Positions 19,565 to 29,327 of a stretch of DNA of 64,000 nucleotides are shown here, one piece after another. Source of the DNA: an uncultured delta proteobacterium (GTDB lineage Bacteria; Myxococcota_A; Polyangia; Polyangiales; B10-G4). Within the stretch, counting starts at the first letter, position 1; every line of letters starts with the position of its first letter. Where the stretch lies: the NCBI GenBank assembly GCA_963727445.1, contig CAVSGI010000002.1, positions 1 through 64,000 on the forward strand, read 5' to 3'. Position numbers and translations under genes: made by a program. The notes beneath the pieces were generated by a model. That model had not been told where the DNA came from and made no database searches. It saw only the letters and a list, made by a program, of their open reading frames with translations.

Positions 19565-21496
19565 ATGAGCGAGATCGAACGGAGGCGAGCGCTGCTCTAC
19601 GTCCTCGTCGGGCTCATCGGCATCTACTCCATCTGGGGCGTCGGCAACCTGTACTTCGGAGATTGGCTCCTCGATCTCGGCTCCATCACCGTGCCGGCGC
19701 CGATGCACGCGGTCTTCATGACCGTCTTCGCCATCGTCGGTGGTCTGTCGGTCCTGGCGCTGTCCCTGGGTCTGTCGCCGATCCTGACCCGCAAAGCAGA
19801 GGCGCTGGACCAGCGCCTGCTCACCCTGGACGAGCGCGCCGTGCTGATCGGCGGGAGCCTCCTCGCGGGTGCGCTCGCCGCGCTGGTCCGCGCGCTCATC
19901 CTCGACGGCGCCTACCTCACCGAGGACGAGTCGAGCTATCGGTTCATGGCGGAGCTTCTGGCGAGTGGCCACGTCACCGCTCCCTCCCACCCGCTGAAGC
20001 TCTTCTTCGATCGAGCGACCATGGCCAACGGCGGGACGCTCTACTCGCAATACTTCCTCGGCTGGCCGCTCCTGCGCGTGATCGGGGTGCTCACGCCCCT
20101 GGGGGGCTACACCAACGCGTTGCTCCACGGTCTGACCTTCCCGGCGCTCTATCTGGTCGCGAAGGATCTCGGCGGCCGTCGCGCAGCCCTCCTCGCCTCG
20201 TTCTTCTTCCTCGCCTCTCCTTTCCTCTTCACGGCAGCGGCGACCGATCTGTCGCACACCAGCTGCATCTTCGCGCTCGCGTGGTGCCACTACCTCGTGA
20301 TGCGCTCGCGAAGCAGCGCTCGTCTGGCACCGCACGCCGGCGTGGCCATCGCGTTCTCGCTCGCCTTCGCCACGCGACCGGTCTCCGCCATCGGGATCGG
20401 TCTGCCCCTCCTCGTCGCCTGGGCCTGGTCGCTCAAAGGCAAGGGGACGGGCGTTCGTGCGCGGGCGGTCGTCGCGTTCGTGATCCCGGCTGGCGCCTGC
20501 GCCGCCCTGTTCCTCGCGGCGATCGCCGCCCAGACCGGCGACCCGCTGAAGCCGGCGTATCAGGCGGTGTTCGACTACTACCGAGCGAATGGCTGGCGCT
20601 ACTCCGCGCACGCCGTCGCCACCACCTCCGGTGTGGCGAACATGGAGTTTTCGGCGCTGGGCGGGCTCCTGGGACACGTGGCGGTGGGGCTCTTGCGGAC
20701 CAACTTCGCGCTCTTCGGCTGGCCCCTGTCCTTCTTCTTCGCGCTCTTCGCCCGGGGCAGATCGGTGTGGCTGCTCTGGGCGATGGTGGGCGTCTTCCTC
20801 GTCGCGCACCTCCCGGTCGAGGACTCGGGCATCGATTCCTTCGCGCCGGTGCACTACGCCGAGCTCTGCTGGCCCCTGATCCTCCTCTCGGCCGCGGGGG
20901 CTCTCAGCCTCGCGCGAGCCGTGTCGCGCGTCGCGGATCGGCCGACGGCGATGGGAACCGTCTTCGGCGTGATCGCGGCCCTGTCCGTCGCGGCTCTCCT
21001 CGTCTACCTGCCGGTACGAATGTCCAACCTCTCGCTCATCGCGGCGACCCATCGAGAGCCCTTCCGCGCGGTGGCCGAAGCGGGGGCCCATCACGCGATC
21101 GTCTTCACCAATCGCCCCTTCACCGCGCCCTGCGGCGCGGATCTCGGCGCGGCGCCACGCGGGTTCATGTTCTTCATGCCCCAGAACGATCCCGAGCTCG
21201 AAAACGACATCCTGTGGGCCAACCATCTCGACGTCGCGACCGACCGGCGGCTCATCGCCGAGTACTTCCCCGATCGCCAGGGGTGGGTGCTCGAGCTCCA
21301 CGGCTGCATCCCGGTCGTGACGCCCCTCGACCAAGCCGACGACGAGACGCTGGCCAAAGGTCGGATGCGACTCCACGAGACGCCGCAGGGATTCCTCTGG
21401 GAGCCTTACGACCCGCGCTTTCCACCCGACGGCACGCTGCCACCCGGCTACGATCCCCGGTCCGGCCCTCCCGCCGAGCTGTTATCCTCCCCCTGA
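19565..21496 (+). CDS. GT-C fold integral membrane glycosyltransferase (ArnT/PMT-like)
   Basis: Many TM segments; acidic EDESSY motif in the first external loop; YFLGWPLL, ATRP; soluble C-terminal domain. Confidence 0.7.
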   Translation: MSEIERRRALLYVLVGLIGIYSIWGVGNLYFGDWLLDLGSITVPAPMHAVFMTVFAIVGGLSVLALSLGLSPILTRKAEALDQRLLTLDERAVLIGGSLLAGALAALVRALILDGAYLTEDESSYRFMAELLASGHVTAPSHPLKLFFDRATMANGGTLYSQYFLGWPLLRVIGVLTPLGGYTNALLHGLTFPALYLVAKDLGGRRAALLASFFFLASPFLFTAAATDLSHTSCIFALAWCHYLVMRSRSSARLAPHAGVAIAFSLAFATRPVSAIGIGLPLLVAWAWSLKGKGTGVRARAVVAFVIPAGACAALFLAAIAAQTGDPLKPAYQAVFDYYRANGWRYSAHAVATTSGVANMEFSALGGLLGHVAVGLLRTNFALFGWPLSFFFALFARGRSVWLLWAMVGVFLVAHLPVEDSGIDSFAPVHYAELCWPLILLSAAGALSLARAVSRVADRPTAMGTVFGVIAALSVAALLVYLPVRMSNLSLIAATHREPFRAVAEAGAHHAIVFTNRPFTAPCGADLGAAPRGFMFFMPQNDPELENDILWANHLDVATDRRLIAEYFPDRQGWVLELHGCIPVVTPLDQADDETLAKGRMRLHETPQGFLWEPYDPRFPPDGTLPPGYDPRSGPPAELLSSP

Positions 21497-22630
21497 ATGT
21501 CGACCGCCCCCCGAGCCGGAGGCGACCGTATCCCCTACGTCGATCTCGCCCGCCAGAACGGCCGCTACCGCGCCGAGCTTCTGGAAGCGGTGGGACGCGT
21601 TCTGGATCACGGCCAGCTGATCCTCGGCCCCGAGGTCGAGCAGCTCGAGCGCGCGCTGGCCGATCGGCTCGGGGTGCGACACGTGGTGAGCGTCGGCAGC
21701 GGAACGGCTGCTCTCTGCGTCGGGCTGACCCTCCTCGGCATCGGTGAGGGGGACGAGGTCATCGCACCTTCGCACTCCTTCGTCGCCACGGCGTCGGCCA
21801 TCGCGTTGGTCGGAGCGCGACCGGTGCTTGTCGACGTGCATCCCGAGACGGCGACCCTCGACCCCGCGTCCGTCGAACAGGCCCTGACCGGGCGCACCCG
21901 CGCCATCATGCCGGTACACCTGGGCGGCATCCCCTGCGACATGGAGAGCCTCCTCGCGATCTCGCGGCGTCACGACGTCCCGATCGTCGAAGACGCCGCC
22001 CAGTCCATCGGTGCCGCGCTCGGTGGACGATGCGTCGGGACGTTCGGCATCGGCTGCTTCAGCCTCCACCCGCTCAAGGTGCTGGGGGCCGTGGGCGACG
22101 GAGGCTTCCTCACCATCGACGACGACGCGCTGGCCGACCGCGCGCGACGCATCCGGAACCTCGGCCTCGCAGGACGCGGCGTGGCGGCCGAGGTGGCGCC
22201 GAACGAACGCCTGGACACGATTCAGGCCGCGATGCTCCTGGTCAAGCTCGCGCATCTCGACGAGATGATCGCGACGCGACGCGCGCACGCGGCGGCTTAC
22301 GCGGCGGCCTTCGCGCCCCGGTTTCAGCTACTCGCGGAGCCCGCGGGCGCAGAGTCGGTCTACAGCACTTACGTCATCCGGCATCCCGCACGCGGCGCGC
22401 TCCTCGCGCACCTCGATGCCGCGGGCATCGACGCGAAGGTCCACTACCCCGTGCCCATCCACCGACAAGCCCCCTTCCAGGGTCACGGCCCATTCGAGCT
22501 GCCCGTCACCGATCGCGTGGTCTCGGAGATCGTGAGTCTCCCGGTGTCCTCCGAGCTCTCCGAAGCGGACCGGGCCCGGGTGATCGAAGCCGTCTCGAGC
22601 TTCGAAGGAGCGGGGGACGCCGGTGGATGA
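21497..22630 (+). CDS. DegT/DnrJ/EryC1/StrS PLP-dependent sugar aminotransferase
   Basis: GDEVIAPSHSFVATA, VEDAAQSIG, FSLHPLKVLGAVGDGG, NERLDTIQAA, HYPVPIH. Confidence 0.93.
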   Translation: MSTAPRAGGDRIPYVDLARQNGRYRAELLEAVGRVLDHGQLILGPEVEQLERALADRLGVRHVVSVGSGTAALCVGLTLLGIGEGDEVIAPSHSFVATASAIALVGARPVLVDVHPETATLDPASVEQALTGRTRAIMPVHLGGIPCDMESLLAISRRHDVPIVEDAAQSIGAALGGRCVGTFGIGCFSLHPLKVLGAVGDGGFLTIDDDALADRARRIRNLGLAGRGVAAEVAPNERLDTIQAAMLLVKLAHLDEMIATRRAHAAAYAAAFAPRFQLLAEPAGAESVYSTYVIRHPARGALLAHLDAAGIDAKVHYPVPIHRQAPFQGHGPFELPVTDRVVSEIVSLPVSSELSEADRARVIEAVSSFEGAGDAGG

Positions 22631-24167
22631 GATCGGCAAGAAGATCCTCACGCCGGAGGAGGGCCGTGCGCGCGCCGAAGCCCTCCGCGGCGAGAGCAAG
22701 CGCATCGTCCAGTGCCACGGGTGTTTCGACATCGTCCACCCGGGACACATCCGATACCTCCGCTTCGCCAAGAGCCTCGGAGACGTGCTGGTGGTGTCGG
22801 TCAGCGGCGACGACGTGGTCCACAAGGGCTGGGACCGGCCTTACGTGAACGAGGAGCTGCGCGCCGAGAACCTCGCCTCGCTCACTTTCGTCGACTACGT
22901 GATCATCGACCACCACGACTGGGCGGGACCGATCCTCGAGACCATCGAGCCCGACGTCTACGTCAAAGGACGCGAATACGAGCAGAGCGCCGATCCCCGG
23001 TTCATGAAGGAACGTGAGCTCGTCGAGAAGAGCGGGGGCGAGGTCGTGTTCAGCTCGGGCGACGTCGTCTTCTCGTCGACGGAGATCCTGTCGCGGGACC
23101 GTGGGCGCTTCGGGCTCGAGGCCGAGCGCGCGCGCTTCTTCTGCAAGAGACACGACATCACGGCGAAGGCGGTGGACGACCTTCTCCGTCTGTTCTCCGA
23201 CAAGCGGGTGGTCGTCGTGGGCGACCCGATCCTCGACGTCTACGTCCACTGCGAGAGCGCCACGGTCGCCTCGGAGAGCCCGGTGCTCAACGTCACCTCC
23301 ACCTCGGAGGCGGTGTACGTGGGCGGCGCGGGCCTCGTGGCGCGGCAGCTGCGCGCCCTGGGCGCGTCGGTGACCTTCGTCACGACCGCCGCGGACGGCC
23401 CCGAGGCGACCGCGATGATCGAGGCGCTCGGCGCCGAGCGGGTCACCACCCGATGGGTCGGCGAGGCCATGCGACCGGTCTTCGTGAAGCGCCGCTATCT
23501 GGTGGAAGGCCAGAAGGTGTTCAAGGTCAACCACGGCGCCCCGCAACCGCCGGCCACCTCCACCCAGGACTTACTCGAGGAGACCATCGAGGGGGTCATC
23601 GACGACCATGACGCGCTCGTGGTGTCCGACTTCGGATATGGGCTCTTCGGGCCGCGCCTGTCGACCTTCGTGAGCGAGCTCGCGAAGAAGCATGGTCGGC
23701 CCTACTACGCCGACGTCAGTCAGAACGGTCACGCGAACCTTCTCAAGTTCCACGGGCCTCGCCTCGCCTCGCCCACCGAGACCGAGCTTCGCTTCGCGCT
23801 GGCGGACGCCGAGAGCGGCCTGTCGAACCTCGCCGCGAACTACTATCGAAAGAGCAGCGCCGAAGGCCTGGTGCTCACCCTCGGAAAGCGGGGCGCGATC
23901 TACTTCGCGCCGCCCAAACCCGAAGAGCCACGCCTGCGCACCGAGTATCTCCCCGCCCTCGCGAGCACCTCCATCGACAACGTCGGCGCGGGCGACGCGT
24001 TCCTCGCCGCCCTGGTGCTCGCCGATCTCTGTGAGGCTCCCGCGCCTCTCGCGCTCTACGTCGCGAGCCTGCTGAGCGCCCACAAGATTCAACACGTCGG
24101 AAACGACCCGGTGGAGGCGGACGAGCTCCTCGCCGTTCTGCCGGGCCGTCCCGAGCTCGTGGACTGA
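22623..24167 (+). CDS. Bifunctional nucleotidyltransferase (N-terminal) + PfkB kinase (C-terminal), HldE-like
   Basis: HGCFDIVHPGH (HxGH) and VYVKGREY at the N-terminus; VVGDPILD, GGAG, SDFGYG and DNVGAGDAF later. Confidence 0.88.
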   Translation: MDEIGKKILTPEEGRARAEALRGESKRIVQCHGCFDIVHPGHIRYLRFAKSLGDVLVVSVSGDDVVHKGWDRPYVNEELRAENLASLTFVDYVIIDHHDWAGPILETIEPDVYVKGREYEQSADPRFMKERELVEKSGGEVVFSSGDVVFSSTEILSRDRGRFGLEAERARFFCKRHDITAKAVDDLLRLFSDKRVVVVGDPILDVYVHCESATVASESPVLNVTSTSEAVYVGGAGLVARQLRALGASVTFVTTAADGPEATAMIEALGAERVTTRWVGEAMRPVFVKRRYLVEGQKVFKVNHGAPQPPATSTQDLLEETIEGVIDDHDALVVSDFGYGLFGPRLSTFVSELAKKHGRPYYADVSQNGHANLLKFHGPRLASPTETELRFALADAESGLSNLAANYYRKSSAEGLVLTLGKRGAIYFAPPKPEEPRLRTEYLPALASTSIDNVGAGDAFLAALVLADLCEAPAPLALYVASLLSAHKIQHVGNDPVEADELLAVLPGRPELVD

Positions 24168-25168
24168 TGGCGGAGCGCCGAAGGTTCGGGCGCGCCTTGT
24201 CCTTCTGGGTGGGGATCGCCGTCTCGGTCGGCTTCTCCTGGTTGACGCTCCGCAGCGTCGACCTGGATGGATTCTGGCAGGAGATCGAAGGGCTGAACCT
24301 GGCCATCCTCAGCCTGGGGCTGTTGACCAAGTCCCTGGGCATGGCGGCGATGGCGGCGCGCACGCGCGTGCTCTTCTCACCGCACGAGAAGGTGAGCTTC
24401 GGGCTGGCCACCCGCTCCGTCTTCCTCGGCTTCGTGGGCAACAACGTCCTGCCGCTTCGGCTCGGCGAGCTGCTGCGCGTCGGATTCCTCGCCCGCACCA
24501 CGAAGGTGAGCGCGGAGGGTTGCCTGGCGTTGGTGGCGCTCGAGCGAGTCGTCGACACCTTCTGCCTGCTCGTCGTGCTGGGGATCTGCGCGGTGGTCGC
24601 GTCGGTGGACGTGTCGGCGGACTTCCGGCTCCTGCTGACGGGCGTGGTGGTCGCCGCCGCGCTCGGTGGCGCGCTCTTCGTCGCGCGCAACCCACAGCTG
24701 GCGATCCGGATCGCGACCTGGGGCGCGAGCTTTCTGGGCCCACGGGTCTCACGCATCGTGGGCGTCCGCGCGACGCGCTTCGCCGAAGGCCTCGCGGCCC
24801 TCGCCTCGAGCAAGCTGCTCTCGTCGGTGCTGGCGCTCTCCCTCGGGAGCTGGGTCGCCGGGCTCCTCTCGGTCGAGGTCGTCCTCTGGGCCTTCGGTCT
24901 TTCGCTTCCCTGGTACGCGCCGCTCGTCGTCCTCGCGTTCCTGGCCTTCGGAACGATGCTCCCGTCCTCGCCGGCCTTCGTGGGGACGTATCATTACTTC
25001 GGCGCGATGGCCCTGGGTGTCCTCGGCGTGGGCGTGGACGAGGCGACGGCTTTCGCGGTGGTCGCGCATTTCATGGCGTTCGTTCCCTTCACCGTCATCG
25101 CGCTACCCTTCGTGAGCCTCGACATCGTCCGGATCTTCCGAGGTCGCGAGGAGACGCCCGAGAGCTGA
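24167..25168 (+). CDS. Lysylphosphatidylglycerol synthase TM-domain / flippase-like protein (UPF0104)
   Basis: NNVLPLRLGELLR, ERVVD, LPSSPAFVGTYH; polytopic; TGATG coupling to the upstream gene. Confidence 0.85.
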   Translation: MAERRRFGRALSFWVGIAVSVGFSWLTLRSVDLDGFWQEIEGLNLAILSLGLLTKSLGMAAMAARTRVLFSPHEKVSFGLATRSVFLGFVGNNVLPLRLGELLRVGFLARTTKVSAEGCLALVALERVVDTFCLLVVLGICAVVASVDVSADFRLLLTGVVVAAALGGALFVARNPQLAIRIATWGASFLGPRVSRIVGVRATRFAEGLAALASSKLLSSVLALSLGSWVAGLLSVEVVLWAFGLSLPWYAPLVVLAFLAFGTMLPSSPAFVGTYHYFGAMALGVLGVGVDEATAFAVVAHFMAFVPFTVIALPFVSLDIVRIFRGREETPES

Positions 25169-25172
25169 TGCG

Positions 25173-26234
25173 ATGACGCGATACGACCCCCTCTGTCTGA
25201 GCTCGTACCTCGCCCTGCGCTGGATCGCCCGCCCGGACGCCGAGTGGGCCCCCGGCGTCGGGCCCGCGTTTCCAGAGATCACCGAGGCCGACTACGAAAA
25301 GGTCCCGGCGGACCCCGAGGCGGTTCGCGCGCGCCTCGCGGCGCTCGTCCCCGAAGCCATCGCAGGCCGACGCGCCGCGCTCCTGTTGAGCGCAGGAATC
25401 GACTCGGCGATCCTCGCGGCGTTGATGGGCGCGGGTCACGCCGCCTACACCATCCGCTTCGTCGCCGATGGGGCCGAGGACGAGAGCGTGGGCGCGGCTT
25501 CCTTCGCCGAGCACGTGGGCCTGTCGCACACCGTGGTCGACGTGCCGTTCGCGATGTACGAGGAGTCCCTCGACGCGGTGATGTGCCACAAGCGCGCGCC
25601 GCTGCACCCGGTGGAGGTGGGTCTCTACGCCGCGTCGAAGCGGGCGCATGCGGACGGCTTCGACACCCTGGTCGTGGGCATCGGCGCCGACTCCACCTTC
25701 GGGGGACTCGACAAGCTCCTGTCCCGAGACTGGTCCTTCGACGCCTTCGTCGAGCGGTACACCTTCCTCGATCCCCGTCGGGCGCTTCGCGAGCCGGTGG
25801 ACATGGGATCGATCTTCGAGCCCTACCGTCGGGGGGAGTCGGGCGTGGACGTCTCGGGCTTCCTCAAGGTCGTACACGGCCTCGGGATCGTGCAGGCCTT
25901 CGAGAACGCCATCGAGGCGGGCGGGTGCTCCATGGTCTCCCCCTACGAGTCGGTGATCCTGGACGCGCCCCTGGATCTCGCGCGCATCCGGGGTGGCGAG
26001 AGCAAGTACATCCTGCGCGCGGTCTTCGGCGAGCTCTTCGGAGGTCTCCCCATCCCGGAGAAGATCGCCTTCGCGCGCCCGATGGACGTTTGGCTGGGCG
26101 ACTGGGAAGGGCCGAAGCGCGAAGAGTTCCTGCCGCGAGACAGCGACCGCGATTGGTTCGCCACCCTCTCGGGCGAGCAGCGCTGGCTGGTATACTGCCT
26201 CGAACGATTCCTGGATCTGTTGGACCGAGCGTGA
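25173..26234 (+). CDS. Asparagine synthetase-like ATP-pyrophosphatase domain (no glutaminase domain)
   Basis: LLSAGIDSAIL (SGGxDS-like), GIGADSTFGG, SKYILR, EKIAFARP. Confidence 0.8.
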   Translation: MTRYDPLCLSSYLALRWIARPDAEWAPGVGPAFPEITEADYEKVPADPEAVRARLAALVPEAIAGRRAALLLSAGIDSAILAALMGAGHAAYTIRFVADGAEDESVGAASFAEHVGLSHTVVDVPFAMYEESLDAVMCHKRAPLHPVEVGLYAASKRAHADGFDTLVVGIGADSTFGGLDKLLSRDWSFDAFVERYTFLDPRRALREPVDMGSIFEPYRRGESGVDVSGFLKVVHGLGIVQAFENAIEAGGCSMVSPYESVILDAPLDLARIRGGESKYILRAVFGELFGGLPIPEKIAFARPMDVWLGDWEGPKREEFLPRDSDRDWFATLSGEQRWLVYCLERFLDLLDRA

Positions 26235-27754
26235 GTGACACCCACGACCTGAGCGTCGCGGTCGTACGCGAAGAAGGGGCGTATTCGGACGCCCCACCCT
26301 ACGATCCCGACGAGGCGTTTCCGGAGTATCGCGGAGGCGTCGTCGGCGATCGGCCGAACCCCGCTCATCGCGCGGTGCGGCGTGCGCTTCAGGCGCTGGG
26401 ACTCGATCGGGAGCACTTCGGGGCCGCCAACTGGAATCCCCTCGGGGGGGTCGTCCGTCCGGGCGATCGCGTCTTCATCAAGCCGAACCTGGTCACGCAC
26501 GAGTACCGCAAGGGATGCGGCTGTCCCGGCGAGCTTTTCTCGGTGATCACCCACCCGTCGGTGGTGCGCGCGGTCGCGGACTACGTGGCCATCGCGCTCG
26601 ATGGGCGCGGCGAGATCGTGATCGGCGACAACCCCTGCATCGACGCCGACTGGGGCCTGCTCCTCGAGCGCACCGCCCTCGACTCGCTGGCCGAACACGC
26701 CGAGAGTCGCTTCGGCGTTCCCTGCCGCGTCCTCGATCTGAGGCCGAAGGTGACGAAGGACCTCACCTATTACGGGTTCGGCTCGAAGACCGTGCAGCAA
26801 CAGGGCGACCCGGAGGGTGAGATACGGGTCGACCTGGGCGAGGCGAGCCACTTCGCGGGCATGAGCCCGCTGCTCTTCCGCGGGGTCTTCACCAAGCGCT
26901 GGGAGACGATCCGCCACCACCTGGGAGACCGCCACGAGTATTCGATCTCGCGGACGATCTACGACTCGGACGTCTACATCAGCGTCCCAAAGCTCAAAGC
27001 GCATCACAAGGTGGGTGCCACGCTGAACGTGAAGGGGCTGGTCGGGATCAACTACAACAAGAACCTGTTGATCCACTGGCGCCTCGGTTACCCCGGCGCC
27101 GGCGGCGACGAGTATCCGACCGCGCACCGCGCGAGCGATTACGCTCGTCTGTTCCTGCGTCACGCCGCCATCGATCTCGTCCCCGAGAACGTCTACCTCG
27201 GCCTCCGCCGCCACCTCAAAGGCTCGCGCCTCGACCACCTCCTCGAGACGACGAAGCGCGCCGACAACGAACGCTACCGCGGCGCTTGGGAGGGCAACGA
27301 CACCTGCTGGCGGATGGCAGCGGACCTCTACGAAGCCTTCGTGGCCGACGTCCCGGGGCACCGCGCTGCGCGGGGCCTGTCGCCGATGCGCTTCTTCAGC
27401 GTGGTCGACGGCCTCGTCGGCGGCGAGGGCAACGGGCCTTTCTGCCCGACGGCCAAGCGAGCCGGGATGATGCTCGCCGGTCGGAGTCTCCTCGCCACCG
27501 ACGCGGTGGCGGTGAGGCTCATGGACTTCCGAGGTGATCGCGTCCGGTACCTCGCGTCGCTGCTCCGGCGCCACGGGATCGGTCAGGCCGACATCGACGT
27601 GCGCTCGCCCGACGTGCCGACGAATTCGTTCTTCGATTCCAGCGCCCGGCATGCGAGCTTCCGGGCGCCCCTCGGGTGGCCGGGGCTCGGTATCCCGCAC
27701 CCCGATTCCGCCGAAGACGAAGCCACGATTATCGACAGCGACAAGAGACCATGA
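26231..27754 (+). CDS. DUF362 domain protein
   Basis: RVFIKPNLV, ITHPSVVRAV, ISVPKLKAHHKVGATLNVKGLVG, GGEGNGP; GTGA overlap at 26231. Confidence 0.8.
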   Translation: MSDTHDLSVAVVREEGAYSDAPPYDPDEAFPEYRGGVVGDRPNPAHRAVRRALQALGLDREHFGAANWNPLGGVVRPGDRVFIKPNLVTHEYRKGCGCPGELFSVITHPSVVRAVADYVAIALDGRGEIVIGDNPCIDADWGLLLERTALDSLAEHAESRFGVPCRVLDLRPKVTKDLTYYGFGSKTVQQQGDPEGEIRVDLGEASHFAGMSPLLFRGVFTKRWETIRHHLGDRHEYSISRTIYDSDVYISVPKLKAHHKVGATLNVKGLVGINYNKNLLIHWRLGYPGAGGDEYPTAHRASDYARLFLRHAAIDLVPENVYLGLRRHLKGSRLDHLLETTKRADNERYRGAWEGNDTCWRMAADLYEAFVADVPGHRAARGLSPMRFFSVVDGLVGGEGNGPFCPTAKRAGMMLAGRSLLATDAVAVRLMDFRGDRVRYLASLLRRHGIGQADIDVRSPDVPTNSFFDSSARHASFRAPLGWPGLGIPHPDSAEDEATIIDSDKRP

Positions 27755-28497
27755 AGATCATCATCCTCGCCGCCGGGCGCGGCGAGCGGCTCATGCCGCT
27801 CACGAAGAACACCCCCAAACCGCTCCTCGACATGGGAAACGGCAACACCCTCCTCGAAGAGCAGCTCTCGCGAATCGCCCAGTCGGGGGTGATCTCCGAA
27901 GTGGTGATCGTCGCCGGCTACCTGGCGGAGCAGGTCGAGGCGAAGGTGTCGACTCAGCCGCACGGGGAGCTCGAGGTCCGGACCCTCTACAATCCGTTCT
28001 TCGAGGTCTCCAACAACCTGATGAGCTTGTGGCTCGCGCGCAGCGAGATGAACGACGACTTCATGGTCACCAACGGCGACAACCTCTTTTCGTCGAAGGT
28101 CTTCCAGGGCTTCGCCGAGGAGACCTCCGATGGCATCTGGCTCTCGCTGGGGCACAAGGACGAGTTCGACCACGACGACATGCGGGTTTCGCTCACCGAC
28201 GGCGCCGTCAGCAGGGTGAGCAAGAAGATCCCCGACCCCGAGGCCCACGCCGAGTCACCGGGCCTGGGGCTGGTCCGCGGCCCACGCGCTCGGCGCATCT
28301 ACGTCGAGCAGCTCGACGCTCTCGCGCATCAGCGGGAGCACCTGACGAGCTTCTGGCTCGAGGTCTACAACCGCGCCTACACCGCGGGGGTGACGGTCAA
28401 GCCGTGGTTCTTCGAGACCAAGGGCCACTGGCAGGAGGTCGACTTCCACCACGACGTCCACCTGGTGCGTGAGGCGCTCAAGCTCCGACTCGAGTGA
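27751..28497 (+). CDS. Nucleotidyltransferase, LicC (phosphocholine cytidylyltransferase)-like
   Basis: IILAAGRGERLMPLTKNTPKPLL, YNPFF..SNN..SL, NGD, WQEVDFHHD; ATGA overlap. Confidence 0.85.
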   Translation: MKIIILAAGRGERLMPLTKNTPKPLLDMGNGNTLLEEQLSRIAQSGVISEVVIVAGYLAEQVEAKVSTQPHGELEVRTLYNPFFEVSNNLMSLWLARSEMNDDFMVTNGDNLFSSKVFQGFAEETSDGIWLSLGHKDEFDHDDMRVSLTDGAVSRVSKKIPDPEAHAESPGLGLVRGPRARRIYVEQLDALAHQREHLTSFWLEVYNRAYTAGVTVKPWFFETKGHWQEVDFHHDVHLVREALKLRLE

Positions 28498-28503
28498 CGC
28501 GCC

Positions 28504-29244
28504 TCACTCGCCGCGGATGACCTTCTTGCGGTAGTCCACGACGGATCGATAGCCCGCCACCGTCTCCCGCGCGGCGGTGAGGATCGAGCCGGGGCGAAAG
28601 GCCTTCGAGTTCCCCCGCGCGCGTCCACGCGCCGCGAAGGGTGCCTCCCCCACGCGCAGATGCGGCCGTCGCAGGATCGCCTTGGCCATCAGCTCTGCGT
28701 TGATCGCGTGCCCCTTCGAGACGACCTCGATCCCCTCGAACACCCACCGCCGGTAGAGCTTGATGCCGTTCAGGTACCGGAAGTCGTAGCCGTAGAGCAG
28801 ACGCGCGGTCTGCATGAAGAGCGACGAGGCGGCGCGCCTGGTCATGGGCCTGATCACCGGGTTCTGCAGGTAGCCGAGGATCAGGTCGTAGCGATCGCGA
28901 ACCTCCAGGAAGTTCTCGATGGACGCGAAGACCATCTCGTTGTCGCCGGGAAAACAGGTGATCCAGTTGTTGGAAGGGATGGTCTCGAAAGCGCGCAGGG
29001 CCGCACGACCGGCACCCTGGTTCTGGTCGAAGGTGATCAGACGTGCGCGGTCGAAGCGTCGCTCGAGGTCCCGCATGATGGCGCGCGTCCCGTCGGTGGA
29101 TCCGTCGTCGACCATCACCACCTCGACCTCTACCGGTAGCGCGGGCGCCAGCGTACAGATCTCCTCGACCGTCGCGGCGACGTTCCCCTCCTCGTTCAAG
29201 CAGGGAACGACGACGCTCAGCGTCTCCTGGTCATCGGCGCTCAT
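28504..29244 (-). CDS. GT2 glycosyltransferase, DPM1/ArnC-like polyprenol-phosphate type
   Basis: LSVVVPCLNEEGNV, VDDGSTDGT, NQGAGRA, R..GNSK. Confidence 0.85.
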   Translation of the reverse strand: MSADDQETLSVVVPCLNEEGNVAATVEEICTLAPALPVEVEVVMVDDGSTDGTRAIMRDLERRFDRARLITFDQNQGAGRAALRAFETIPSNNWITCFPGDNEMVFASIENFLEVRDRYDLILGYLQNPVIRPMTRRAASSLFMQTARLLYGYDFRYLNGIKLYRRWVFEGIEVVSKGHAINAELMAKAILRRPHLRVGEAPFAARGRARGNSKAFRPGSILTAARETVAGYRSVVDYRKKVIRGE

Positions 29245-29327
29245 CGCGTCGATTTCTATCACGAGCTGGCCATCGCGCCGATAGTGCTTGCCTGCCAGAG
29301 CACCTGCTTCGATCATGCGAGCCGAGC

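Noticed and set aside
25244..26230. N-terminal extension of the 836-aa ORF
   Set aside because: Arg-rich off-frame overlap of the Asn-synthetase-like gene; the DUF362 gene starts at GTG 26231.
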